Translations under genes and position numbers: made by a program
Shown here: one piece after another, positions 24,347 to 33,210 of the stretch
How the letters are laid out: each line of letters starts with the position of its first letter
Numbering within the stretch: position 1 is the first letter of the stretch
IMG/VR virus record: IMGVR_UViG_3300045988_006673
Location: 1-44,934 of that record
Reading direction: 5' to 3' (one strand)
Source: a virus
Lineage: Duplodnaviria > Heunggongvirae > Uroviricota > Caudoviricetes
DNA: 44,934 bases
Notes under the pieces: model-generated
Database searches by the model: none
Seen by the model: the letters and a program-made list of their open reading frames with translations, nothing else
Told to the model about the DNA's origin: nothing

Positions 24347-26617
24347 ATGTCCGATGTAATTTTATCCTACTCGTGGTCTCGTCGCAACGCGCGAGCGGAG
24401 AAAAAGGATATAAACGTCAGAACAACACACACGGCAACACTGGACGACCTGAAAGAGTTAATCCAGCCACTAGATGCCGTTCGTGGCGGAATTAACCCGA
24501 AGACCGCGCCCGGTTATATCACTGCCGCGTGTGACTCTACACACAGCACCGTAAAAGACCCGGAAACCGGTGACTTTAAGCAAGCGCGTAAAGGCTTCTT
24601 CTATCGCTGTGATGCGTCTGTAAGCAAATCGTCGCTGGCGTATCTGGACTTCGACAGTGCAACACCGGAAGAGTATCAGAGAGCTGTGCGCCTGGTTAAG
24701 CGCAGCCGCCAGGCTATGTGCCTTTACACCACGGCATCCCATACTGATGAGGCCCCACGCTTCCGCGTCGTCGTGCCGCTAGGTTGCCCGGTTGAAGGTG
24801 GCGACATCATCCGTGTTCGTCATGGATTGCTGGAGCATTTCTTCAAAGGTATGGGCGCGGACCGCAGCGGTTTTACTCTGTCCCAGCCTATGTACCTGCC
24901 ACCGGTTGGCTCTACCGTTATCTGGTCTCGTCGCAACGACCTGATTGACCCGAACGAGTTACTGGAAGGCATCCCCGCCGTTGACGTTAGCAGTGCATCG
25001 GATTACCAGATACCGGAAGAACTGCGCACCGCGTTTACTGATGCGTTCGAGGCACTGGCGTTCGAGTATGGCGGCATCATGACGCCGCGCGGCCTGAAAA
25101 TGCCAGCTACGCCGGAACACGCGGAGAACTACAGCGACCCTACGCCGCGCCCGGATGACTTCCTGCTGTGCTTCCCGCGTGAAGGGTACGAAGCGCCCAA
25201 CGTAGCAATGATTCACGACACCGACATTACGGCGACAGAAGGCATGTCACCGAAAGAGGTGTGGAAGTATGCGTGCGACGCGACTGGTCTTCCGTTCAGT
25301 GAAGTCGCCGAGGCTATCGGCTGGGGCGCACGTGAGTCAGTTTTGTGCAGCCTCGACGACCTGGAAGACGACGAGGACTCAGAGGAGGACGAGCTACCGG
25401 AACCGGTAAAGGCCGATTTCGTCGTTGAAGGGTACATGCCGTCGGATTGTATCTGGGATATCGTCGGGGAATCTGGCACGTACAAATCGTTCTATACGCT
25501 GGGGATGATGTACCTTAGCGCCGCCGGATACCGGTTTGCTGGGGCGGACACCCAGCGTTGTCACCATTTCTATATCGATGGTGAGGGTGGTGCAGCCACA
25601 CGTACACGTATTGATGCGCTCGCGGCTAAATACGGCGCGGAAGGTAAAGATTATGTACATGTCATTGATATGGGAGAAGTTGGAAAACTGAAAAGTCTGA
25701 TTAAGCTAATGCGCGAAACTGCTGGCGACGAGCCAATTGGCATGGTTGCGTTCGACACCCTCAACCAGACGCTGGCCCTGACGATTGATAAGTTCGACGA
25801 GAACAGCTCCTCAACAGCAATCGGCATGGGTAAAGTTATCGCCATCCTGAAAGAAGTACGCGACGCGACTAAAGCCGCGGTAGGCGTTGTCCACCATACC
25901 CCGAAGGGTGGAAAGAAAGCCCGCGGCAGTGGGGCATTGTATGCTGGTGTCGATGTGGAGCTAACAATTGAGCGTGCGACCGATCGCCAGATAAACGTAT
26001 ACCACTCGAAATTTAAGCACGGGCCTCAACAGAAGACGGTGGGCATGGTGCTGGAGTCGGTACAGTTCCGTGAAGCGCCGCCGCCGAAAGAATACCGTGC
26101 GGTTGAGTTCATCGGTAACACAGAGGAATACGGCACAATCGTAAACCTCGACCTGCCGGAACCACACAAGGCGCTTGTACTGATGCCGTGGGGCTTCGAG
26201 CCGTTCAAGACTGACGAGGAGAAAGAGCGGGAAGAAGGACTGACAAATGAAGGTAAAGCGGCCGTTAAAGAAAAGGTAGGCCAGTTTGAGAAACTGGATA
26301 CCAAAGAAGCTACGGTTATTTACGCATTAGGTAAATTGCAGGAGCAGGGTGATGACAAGCGAGGGTTCTCCATGTCCGCTATCGTCAAAGCGGCAAAAGA
26401 AGATAGTTACGGCGTACCGATTAACGCTAACAACGACCTTCGAAAGAAACTGGAAGAGATGCACGAGGCAGGGGTTATCGTCTCAGGACTGGATAACAAC
26501 AACAGGCCTATACCTAAGCAGTACCGTCTGCCGTGGGGTATAAACGACAACAAGATTCCGAAGACAATATACGAACCGAATGAAATGCTGGTGGTGACAG
26601 AGGAGGATTTGGAATAG
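24347..26617 (+). CDS. Primase-polymerase / RepA-like replicative helicase (756 aa)
   Basis: N-terminal region with LAYLDFD acidic motif (primase-like); central P-loop GESGTYKS and RecA/AAA_25-like core; GAAGGAAA RBS. Confidence 0.65.
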   Translation: MSDVILSYSWSRRNARAEKKDINVRTTHTATLDDLKELIQPLDAVRGGINPKTAPGYITAACDSTHSTVKDPETGDFKQARKGFFYRCDASVSKSSLAYLDFDSATPEEYQRAVRLVKRSRQAMCLYTTASHTDEAPRFRVVVPLGCPVEGGDIIRVRHGLLEHFFKGMGADRSGFTLSQPMYLPPVGSTVIWSRRNDLIDPNELLEGIPAVDVSSASDYQIPEELRTAFTDAFEALAFEYGGIMTPRGLKMPATPEHAENYSDPTPRPDDFLLCFPREGYEAPNVAMIHDTDITATEGMSPKEVWKYACDATGLPFSEVAEAIGWGARESVLCSLDDLEDDEDSEEDELPEPVKADFVVEGYMPSDCIWDIVGESGTYKSFYTLGMMYLSAAGYRFAGADTQRCHHFYIDGEGGAATRTRIDALAAKYGAEGKDYVHVIDMGEVGKLKSLIKLMRETAGDEPIGMVAFDTLNQTLALTIDKFDENSSSTAIGMGKVIAILKEVRDATKAAVGVVHHTPKGGKKARGSGALYAGVDVELTIERATDRQINVYHSKFKHGPQQKTVGMVLESVQFREAPPPKEYRAVEFIGNTEEYGTIVNLDLPEPHKALVLMPWGFEPFKTDEEKEREEGLTNEGKAAVKEKVGQFEKLDTKEATVIYALGKLQEQGDDKRGFSMSAIVKAAKEDSYGVPINANNDLRKKLEEMHEAGVIVSGLDNNNRPIPKQYRLPWGINDNKIPKTIYEPNEMLVVTEEDLE

Positions 26618-26634
26618 GTAAAAAGAAAGGGGCG

Positions 26635-26850
26635 TTAAGCCCCTTCACCGAACGCCAGCCACTTAGCGTCTACCTGCAGCACTTCCGCCAGTTTAAACAG
26701 TGTCGCCGGACGTACGTCCTGAGTTACCCCGAGTGCCAGTTGGTTAATCGCGCCCTGGGAAACACCGGCCAGGACAGCCAGACGGCGCTGGGAGATGCCG
26801 AGTTCTTTGCGGCGTTGTTCTACGCGAATGCCTAGTTCAGATGGTTGCAT
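26635..26850 (-). CDS. XRE-family (Cro/CI-type) HTH transcriptional regulator (71 aa)
   Basis: ISQRRLAVLAGVSQGAINQLALG is a canonical HTH_XRE segment; divergent from the operator-bearing promoters at 26871..26943. Confidence 0.7.
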   Translation of the reverse strand: MQPSELGIRVEQRRKELGISQRRLAVLAGVSQGAINQLALGVTQDVRPATLFKLAEVLQVDAKWLAFGEGA

Positions 26851-26870
26851 GTCAGTTACTCCTTAGTCAG

Positions 26871-26943
26871 TTGATATGTGAATAGTACCATATTAATTAT
26901 TTTAGAAAAGCCCATTGACAAGTGAATAGTTAGCTATTATAGT
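26871..26943 (+). promoter_or_regulatory. Tandem class II promoter-like elements (TTGATA-N17-TAATTA at 26871..26899; TTGACA-N17-TATAGT at 26915..26943), each carrying a GTGAATAGT operator-like site
   Basis: Two consecutive -35/-10 pairs with conserved spacer TGAATAGTTAGCTAT between the XRE gene and the 26975 gene. Confidence 0.5.
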
Positions 26944-26974
26944 TAGCCCATACCAAACGAGAGGAGAGAAACAA

Positions 26975-27475
26975 ATGTTAGAGAAATTCTTAGTATTACT
27001 TGAACGTTTCGTAGTTGCCCACGAACTGATTGCCGCGAACAGTGCGAAACGACCGGTGCCGCCGGCTGAGCGTGTAGGTGAAATGCTTGTAGACGTGTCG
27101 GTTACGGGAGAGGTACTTGAAGTCGACCCAGGCACTGGCGTAGGGAAAGAAATACCGGTGGAAGGCGAAGACATCGTCGACACTAAACCGGCAGAAGACG
27201 AGAAGCCGAAACGCAAGCCGCGTAAAGCTAAAGTTGAGGAGCCGACACCAGAACCGGAAGAAGAAGTAGATTACCAGTCTCTTCGTGACCAGATTCAGGC
27301 TATCGACGATGCAATAAGTGCCGGGCCTAGTAATAAGGCTTGCGCCGATGCCGATGATCTGCTGGAGGAGTTCACCGGTAAACATTTCCAATTAGCTAAG
27401 ATTAAAGACGAAGACCTGCCCGAGTACCTTGAACGCCTGACGACAATCAAGAACAAGTATTTCGAAGAAGAATAA
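26975..27475 (+). CDS. Hypothetical acidic protein (166 aa)
   Basis: ATG with GAGGAGAG RBS; Glu/Asp/Pro-rich centre with basic KPKRKPRKAK patch. Confidence 0.45.
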   Translation: MLEKFLVLLERFVVAHELIAANSAKRPVPPAERVGEMLVDVSVTGEVLEVDPGTGVGKEIPVEGEDIVDTKPAEDEKPKRKPRKAKVEEPTPEPEEEVDYQSLRDQIQAIDDAISAGPSNKACADADDLLEEFTGKHFQLAKIKDEDLPEYLERLTTIKNKYFEEE

Positions 27476-27518
27476 CTATCCCGCGGCCTTCGGGCCGCTT
27501 TAACTGAGGGTCAGAAAT

Positions 27519-27791
27519 ATGATTTACCAACTCTACCGCGCCGTAGACAGGCGGGATAACACAGAGGCGCTATGGCTGTTACGTGCGCCGTCCGGTGCGC
27601 ACCTGATGGAAGAGATGGCGTACTTAGGCAAAGTACCGCGACCTAAAGATATAGGCCGCCACGTGTCACAGATTAAGCGCACGACTTTCGCCAAACCTGA
27701 CTTTTATGTATTCGAGTCGATGTATGGGTGGGCTATGCACTGCGAGCATAAGACACGACATTTAATCGACCAGTGGGAGAACCGGGTATGA
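27519..27791 (+). CDS. Hypothetical protein (90 aa)
   Basis: ORF; stop overlaps downstream nuclease start (ATGA). Confidence 0.4.
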   Translation: MIYQLYRAVDRRDNTEALWLLRAPSGAHLMEEMAYLGKVPRPKDIGRHVSQIKRTTFAKPDFYVFESMYGWAMHCEHKTRHLIDQWENRV

Positions 27792-29098
27792 TTTTAAAGG
27801 AACGCGGCGGCAATAATGATGTGCACGCCTTACTGTCGCCGTCAGGTGCTAAAAAGTGGCTAAGCTGCGCGGCATCGTTGGCCTGTGAAAAAGATATTCC
27901 TAACACTTCGGGTAAATCCGCCGTTACAGGGACTGCGTGCCACACTATAGCAGAGGTCCATCTAAACCAGTACATCAAAGGCACTGCGTTGCCGTTGGAG
28001 CGCGAAGTCGGTGCTTACGTGCTGGATGAGGGTAAAGGCCAGATTAAGGCGCTAATCAGCCCGATGAAGGGCGCGGTACTGATTACGGCGGATATGATTG
28101 AGCAGGTGCGCAAGTACACCGACTACTGCAAAGCGATTATAGATGTAGCGACTTACGCCAAGCTGGAAATGCGCGTCAATCTTACTGAGGTATTGCATCC
28201 GGGGTACAAAGTACCTGCTGGGAGTGAAGAAGGTAAGGAGGATGGTTTAGAGACATTCGGAACAGCCGACTTAGTGGCGGTTATAGAAGGCTTTACGGGT
28301 GAGAGTAACTCAGCGATGCTAATTATCGGCGACCTTAAAACAGGACGGCATCGGGTCGAAGCGAAAGAAAACAAGCAGCTTATGCTTTATGCGCTCGGTG
28401 TATATCGCCGACTCAAGAGACGTTATAACATCACAGTTGTTCGTCTGGTAATCTTCCAGCCGTACGCTGGCGGTGCGTTGGAGTGGGACATTTCGGTTGA
28501 AGGTCTGGAACTGTTCGCTAAGTTCGCACAGAAACGAGCACTGTTAGCTCTTGATGCCTATTCCCGTGGCAAGAAGAATCTGAAAGCGTCGGATTTCAGG
28601 CCGTCGGTCGATGGGTGCCAGTGGTGTCGGTTCTCTGAACAATGCGCCGCGCGTACAAAGACGGTTAATTCTGTACTGGCGGAAGAACTGGAAGACGACT
28701 TTGCGCTGGAGCTTACGCCGGAGCAACTCGTAGCTGAGTATGAGAAGTTGCCGCTGTTGCGCCAGCACATCGACAAGGTTGAGAGAGCTATGGCTGCCGC
28801 GTTGCATTCTGGCAAGAAAGTGCCTGGGTACAAGCTGGTCGAAGGTCGCCCGGGTAATCGTGCGTGGAAAGATGCGAAGGAGGTAATAGACGCCGCAGAA
28901 TTTTATGAAATAGACCGGAAAATGCTGTTTAAGGCGTCTCTTGTGTCTCCTAAAGAAGCAGAGGCCGCGTTCAAAAATACCGATGCGTGGCCTATTCTCG
29001 AAAAACTAATTACCCGTAAGCCCGGCGCACCATGTGTCGCAACGACAGATGATAAACGGCCTGAGTGGAATCAGGTAACAGAGGAGGATTTGGAATGA
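27788..29098 (+). CDS. PD-(D/E)XK exonuclease (DUF2800 / Cas4-RecB-like) with C-terminal Cys cluster
   Basis: C-terminal CQWCRFSEQC cluster typical of Fe-S containing RecB-family nucleases; adjacent to SSB-like gene; start chosen at ATG 27788. Confidence 0.65.
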   Translation: MILKERGGNNDVHALLSPSGAKKWLSCAASLACEKDIPNTSGKSAVTGTACHTIAEVHLNQYIKGTALPLEREVGAYVLDEGKGQIKALISPMKGAVLITADMIEQVRKYTDYCKAIIDVATYAKLEMRVNLTEVLHPGYKVPAGSEEGKEDGLETFGTADLVAVIEGFTGESNSAMLIIGDLKTGRHRVEAKENKQLMLYALGVYRRLKRRYNITVVRLVIFQPYAGGALEWDISVEGLELFAKFAQKRALLALDAYSRGKKNLKASDFRPSVDGCQWCRFSEQCAARTKTVNSVLAEELEDDFALELTPEQLVAEYEKLPLLRQHIDKVERAMAAALHSGKKVPGYKLVEGRPGNRAWKDAKEVIDAAEFYEIDRKMLFKASLVSPKEAEAAFKNTDAWPILEKLITRKPGAPCVATTDDKRPEWNQVTEEDLE

Positions 29099-29253
29099 TT
29101 AGTAAAATTGTGTATTGGGCTTTATTATCACCGTTGATAGTTATATCTGCTTTTACTTCATTTTTTGCTTGGGTAGATCGTAAGTTTAGGGGTAGCCCAC
29201 CCATAGAACGCTATGTTCTTTGGTGTGAAAAAGTTTCTAAAATTAAGCGTTGA
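29095..29253 (+). CDS. Small membrane protein (52 aa)
   Basis: ATG 8 nt after GAGGAGG, overlapping nuclease stop (ATGA); one hydrophobic helix. Confidence 0.4.
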   Translation: MISKIVYWALLSPLIVISAFTSFFAWVDRKFRGSPPIERYVLWCEKVSKIKR

Positions 29254-29278
29254 CACCTGAATAGTTAGCTATTATAGT
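29250..29278 (+). promoter_or_regulatory. Class II promoter-like element: TTGACA-N17-TATAGT, spacer CCTGAATAGTTAGCTAT
   Basis: Near-identical to 26915..26943; upstream of SSB-like gene. Confidence 0.5.
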
Positions 29279-29332
29279 TCTAATCACTGGCCGGGCAGCT
29301 TCCCGGAGTAAACTTAAAAGCGAGAAATTAAG

Positions 29333-29959
29333 ATGGGACTGAAATTAAATCTGCGTAAAGTAAACACTGCTTGGGTTAACGTATTTGAACGCGAAAAAGA
29401 CCGTGAAAACGATGATGGCTCAATCACTAAAGGTCGGTACAGCGCAACTATCATCCTGCCGTCTGACCATGCTCAAATCGACGCGCTTTACGACACTGTT
29501 TACGCTGTAGTCGAAGAAGCATTAGGGGCCGCCGCTGCTGAGAAGTGGATGAAGTCCAACTACGGCGAAGGTAAGCACATGGATAAATGTGCGATTAAAG
29601 ACATTGCCGAGCGAGACAATCCGTTTGAAGACTTCCCGGAAGGCTTCTACTTCAAAGCGAAGGCACAGAAACAGCCACTGATTGTAACATCTAAAAAAGG
29701 TGAGACTCAGGTAGAGCAGGATTTCAACGTAGACGGTGGACAGATTGAAGGCGAACAGGTTTACAGCGGCTGCGTTGCTAACGTAAGCGTAGAAATCTGG
29801 TTCAGCCAGAAATACAAAGTCCTCGGCGTTAACCTGCTGGCTATTAAATACGTTGGCGAAGGTAAAGCGTTTGGTGGTTCTAAAGTCGCCGCAAGCGTCA
29901 ATGACCTGGAAGACGACGAAGAAGATGAAGCACCGCGCCGCGAACGTCGCCGTCGCTAA
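29333..29959 (+). CDS. ssDNA-binding protein-like (DUF2815 family), acidic C-terminal tail
   Basis: Gene order DUF2800-DUF2815-DNA polymerase typical of this replication module; C-terminal DLEDDEEDE tail. Confidence 0.5.
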   Translation: MGLKLNLRKVNTAWVNVFEREKDRENDDGSITKGRYSATIILPSDHAQIDALYDTVYAVVEEALGAAAAEKWMKSNYGEGKHMDKCAIKDIAERDNPFEDFPEGFYFKAKAQKQPLIVTSKKGETQVEQDFNVDGGQIEGEQVYSGCVANVSVEIWFSQKYKVLGVNLLAIKYVGEGKAFGGSKVAASVNDLEDDEEDEAPRRERRRR

Positions 29960-29980
29960 TATCTGAATCAATTTAACTAA

Positions 29981-30001
29981 GGCCCTTCATTGGGCCTTTT
30001 T
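29981..30001 (+). terminator. Rho-independent terminator GGCCC-TTCATT-GGGCC-TTTTT
   Basis: GC stem followed by five T, just after the SSB-like gene. Confidence 0.65.
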
Positions 30002-30170
30002 ACTAAGGGTCGAAAATAATGTTTTTCTGTAGGCACGTTTATCGCTATATGAAACCGCTTCCGTGGTACGCAGATGAGTACCGGGCCGGGTACAGGCATG
30101 TGTGGATTTGCCGTGATTGTATGAAAATAAGATTAAGCGAAACGAAGGCACTGGATTTAAGGAAAAAGAA

Positions 30171-32351
30171 ATGAGCTACTTATACCTGGACTTTGAAACA
30201 TTCTCTGATGCCGATTTAAAGAAAGTCGGCTCCTACGCTTACGCCGAACATCCATCCACCGAAGTGCTCATCTGCGCATACGCTTTTGACGACGAACCTG
30301 TTCAGGTGTGGGATTGCACTGACGGCAGCGACATGCCAGGCGATTTGCACCGCGCACTTCGCCGCCTGGTGAAGCCTAACAGCCGCATCAAGATGGTATG
30401 GCACAACGGTTCAATGTTCGACAGGCTCATCATGAAACACTGCTGGGGCTTTGATATTCCGGTAAGCAACACCATTGATACGATGATTTGGGCTTTTCGT
30501 CACGCGCTGCCGGGTTCTCTTGATGCGTTGTGTGGGGTGCTGGGTGTGTCGGCAGACAACGCGAAAGATAAACGAGGCAAGGCGCTGATTCAGCGTTTTT
30601 CTAAACCGACGCCGAAGAACTACAAAATTCGCCGTTACACTGCTGAAACCCACCCTGACGAATGGGTGCTGTTCATCAAGTACGCCGTGAGTGACATTAC
30701 TGCGATGCGTGAAGTCTTCAATAAGCTGCCGCGTTGGGGTAACTCTGAGTTTGAAGACCGTGTACTGGAACTTGACCAGTTAATCAACGACCGCGGGTTT
30801 AAGGTCGACGTGGCACTGGCGGAAGCCGCGATTGAAGCCGTGGAGAAACACAAAGCACAGTTACAGGAAGAAGCCCAACGTAAATACGGCGGCTCGCTTA
30901 CTGGAAAGGACTTTCTGCCGATTCTACGTGAACTTGCCCCCGCGCACCGCATCCACAATGCGCAGAAGTCGACGCTGAATGACCTGTTGGCGGACGATGA
31001 TTTACCGGACGACGCCCGCACGATTATCGAAATGCGCCTCGGGGCTGCATCCACCGCGTCAACGAAATATAACCCGCTGCTCTTGGGCCGCTCTGCGGAC
31101 GACCGACGTCGCGGTTGCATCCAGTACGGTGGGGCTAAGCGTACGTTGCGGTTTGCTGGTAAAGGATTCCAGCCGCAGAACCTGGCGCGCGGGTACTATC
31201 ACGACGATGAACTGGATAAAGGCGTTTCTGCGTTACTTAAGGGCCGCGCCCATCGCCGTTTCGATGTAGCCAAGCTAACGGCCTCGACGGTTCGTAGCTG
31301 CATCATACCGGAAGCAGGGCATAAGTTTGTCGTTGCCGATTACTCGAACGTCGAAGGCCGCGGTTTGGCATGGCTGGCGGGAGAAGAAACCGCGCTCGAT
31401 ACGTTCCGCGCCGGGCTGGACATTTACTGTGTAACCGCGGGTAAGATGTTCGGCATGGAACCGGATTACATTAAGAAAGAACGTAAAGACCTACGCCAGA
31501 TTGGTAAAGCCTGTGAACTGGGCCTAGGCTACGCCGGGGGTGTCGGCGCGTTCGTTCAGTTTGCTAAGAACCTCGGACTTGACCTTGTCGATATGGCTAA
31601 AACAATGGATGGGACATTCCCTGACCATATATGGGCAGCTACCGCACGCGGGTATGAGTGGGCGCGTATTCAGGAGGCAAAGCGACCACCGCGCCCCGGT
31701 GAAAAGGACGACAGACCGTCGTATATTCTTGATAAGAAAGTGTGGCGTACCTGTGACGCTATCAAGCGCATGTGGCGCGAGTCTCACCCAGAAACCGTAG
31801 CTTTCTGGCGGGGTATTGAAGACGCAGCTATGGCCGCCATCCGCAACCCAGGTAAAGAGTTCACCGCAGGGCCGCGCGGCGTTAAGTTTTCGCGTAACGT
31901 AGAGACAGACAACAACGGCAACAAAGTCGCGGGCTGGTGGTTGCGCATGACGTTGCCGTCGGGTCGCGTTATGTCATACCCGGGCGTCGGGTTAAGCGTG
32001 TCGAAAGAAACAGACGAAGATGGAAAAGTGTCTACTAACGTGCGCATCAAGTACCAGGGGGAGAATCAGCTAACCCGCAAGTGGGGCTTCCAGTACACCT
32101 ACTCCGGTAAACTGGTGGAAAACTGCACCCAGGCATTGTGCCGTGATTTGCTGGCTAACGCGCTGCTGAACGTAGAAGCTAACGGCTACCCGATTGTACT
32201 TCATGTTCACGATGAGATTATATGCGAGACACCAGATTTACCGGAATACAATGTGGCTGAGCTGGAAAAATTAATGTGTGAATTACCGGAATGGGCCGAG
32301 GGGTTCCCTCTTGTGGCGGAAGGTGCGGAGATGAAGCGTTATGCTAAGTAA
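30171..32351 (+). CDS. Family A DNA polymerase with 3'-5' exonuclease domain
   Basis: Exo I motif YLDFETFS near N-terminus; 726 aa from ATG 30171 (track ORF extends to 30117). Confidence 0.8.
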   Translation: MSYLYLDFETFSDADLKKVGSYAYAEHPSTEVLICAYAFDDEPVQVWDCTDGSDMPGDLHRALRRLVKPNSRIKMVWHNGSMFDRLIMKHCWGFDIPVSNTIDTMIWAFRHALPGSLDALCGVLGVSADNAKDKRGKALIQRFSKPTPKNYKIRRYTAETHPDEWVLFIKYAVSDITAMREVFNKLPRWGNSEFEDRVLELDQLINDRGFKVDVALAEAAIEAVEKHKAQLQEEAQRKYGGSLTGKDFLPILRELAPAHRIHNAQKSTLNDLLADDDLPDDARTIIEMRLGAASTASTKYNPLLLGRSADDRRRGCIQYGGAKRTLRFAGKGFQPQNLARGYYHDDELDKGVSALLKGRAHRRFDVAKLTASTVRSCIIPEAGHKFVVADYSNVEGRGLAWLAGEETALDTFRAGLDIYCVTAGKMFGMEPDYIKKERKDLRQIGKACELGLGYAGGVGAFVQFAKNLGLDLVDMAKTMDGTFPDHIWAATARGYEWARIQEAKRPPRPGEKDDRPSYILDKKVWRTCDAIKRMWRESHPETVAFWRGIEDAAMAAIRNPGKEFTAGPRGVKFSRNVETDNNGNKVAGWWLRMTLPSGRVMSYPGVGLSVSKETDEDGKVSTNVRIKYQGENQLTRKWGFQYTYSGKLVENCTQALCRDLLANALLNVEANGYPIVLHVHDEIICETPDLPEYNVAELEKLMCELPEWAEGFPLVAEGAEMKRYAK

Positions 32352-32472
32352 ACTGATTATCGCGGTACTGGCTGGATTTGCCGCCGGTGTCTACTGTCAC
32401 GAGGGTCAATACGGCATGATGGTTGCCATATTGGGTATGTTCATCACAATTTATCTGTGGGTGCTGGAATGA
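32341..32472 (+). CDS. Micro-ORF, 43-aa membrane peptide
   Basis: ATG overlapping polymerase stop; hydrophobic; stop overlaps next ATG (ATGA). Confidence 0.3.
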   Translation: MLSKLIIAVLAGFAAGVYCHEGQYGMMVAILGMFITIYLWVLE

Positions 32473-32558
32473 AAATCTACTGGTTTTATGAAGAAGACTG
32501 TCGAATCTGTCCGCGCTGCGGTATTGCACATACGAAACGTGAGGGGTGCGTGTTATGA
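32469..32558 (+). CDS. Micro-ORF, 29-aa peptide with CxxC...C motif
   Basis: ATGA overlap on both ends with neighbouring micro-ORFs. Confidence 0.3.
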   Translation: MKIYWFYEEDCRICPRCGIAHTKREGCVL

Positions 32559-32707
32559 CAATGTTTGTATTTTGGACAACAGTAACCATGCTAGCACTGT
32601 TATTCGGTGCGGGAATAGCTGCGATGTTCTGTTACGGCCTGTTCTTTAAGTTTGTTGGCGTTGCCGTTCTCGGAGGGGCGTTTATAACTTGGGTTCTGCG
32701 CTCATGA
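32555..32707 (+). CDS. Micro-ORF, 50-aa membrane peptide
   Basis: ATGA overlap with upstream micro-ORF and with VRR-NUC start; two hydrophobic segments. Confidence 0.3.
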   Translation: MTMFVFWTTVTMLALLFGAGIAAMFCYGLFFKFVGVAVLGGAFITWVLRS

Positions 32708-32988
32708 CCCCGGAAGGCAAGATTCAGAAATACGCAAAAGAGCGATTCGAGGCCATTGGTGGCCTCGTTCGCAAATTGTCATACGAAAATAGAGCAGGCG
32801 CTCCTGACCTGCTGGTAATTCTCCCCGGCGGCATCGTCTGGTTCGTCGAGGTTAAGAAAGACGAAAACACGAAGCCGGACCCGCACCAGTTACGGGAGCA
32901 TGAGCGGATGCGTAAACGTGGTGCAAATGTTTTTGTCGTTGGTTCGATAAAACAGATTGACGACCTAATAGCGAACTATTATAGTTAG
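32704..32988 (+). CDS. VRR-NUC domain nuclease
   Basis: PDLLVILPGGIVWFVEVK carries the PD-(D/E)xK signature in the arrangement typical of VRR-NUC proteins. Confidence 0.6.
   Translation: MTPEGKIQKYAKERFEAIGGLVRKLSYENRAGAPDLLVILPGGIVWFVEVKKDENTKPDPHQLREHERMRKRGANVFVVGSIKQIDDLIANYYS
32957..32985 (+). promoter_or_regulatory. Class II promoter-like element: TTGACG-N17-TATAGT
   Basis: Hexamers at 17-bp spacing inside the 3' end of the VRR-NUC gene; shares CTATTATAGT with other class II sites. Confidence 0.4.
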
Positions 32989-33018
32989 TCCTACACCAAC
33001 AATATAAGGAATTGAGAA

Positions 33019-33210
33019 ATGAAACACGAATATGACCGCAAACCAGCACGTGACATCGTACCTGGAGACATGATTTTCAACGTTAAGACACGCCGACCTG
33101 TTGCCGTCGATACGGTGTTCGTCGAGTCGAACGGTAAACTGGTTATAGAAGATGTAACAGGTAACGTTACGGCGTTCGGGCGTAAAGAGTTAGTTCTGGT
33201 GTTGAAATGA
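33019..33210 (+). CDS. Hypothetical protein (63 aa)
   Basis: ATG with AAGGAATTGAG RBS region; stop overlaps the downstream start. Confidence 0.4.
   Translation: MKHEYDRKPARDIVPGDMIFNVKTRRPVAVDTVFVESNGKLVIEDVTGNVTAFGRKELVLVLK

Noticed and set aside
26635-26850. XRE regulator as evidence of a temperate lifestyle
   Set aside because: No integrase, excision, partition or immunity-region genes were found anywhere in the genome; the 71-aa protein is more consistent with a Cro-like early regulator of a virulent phage
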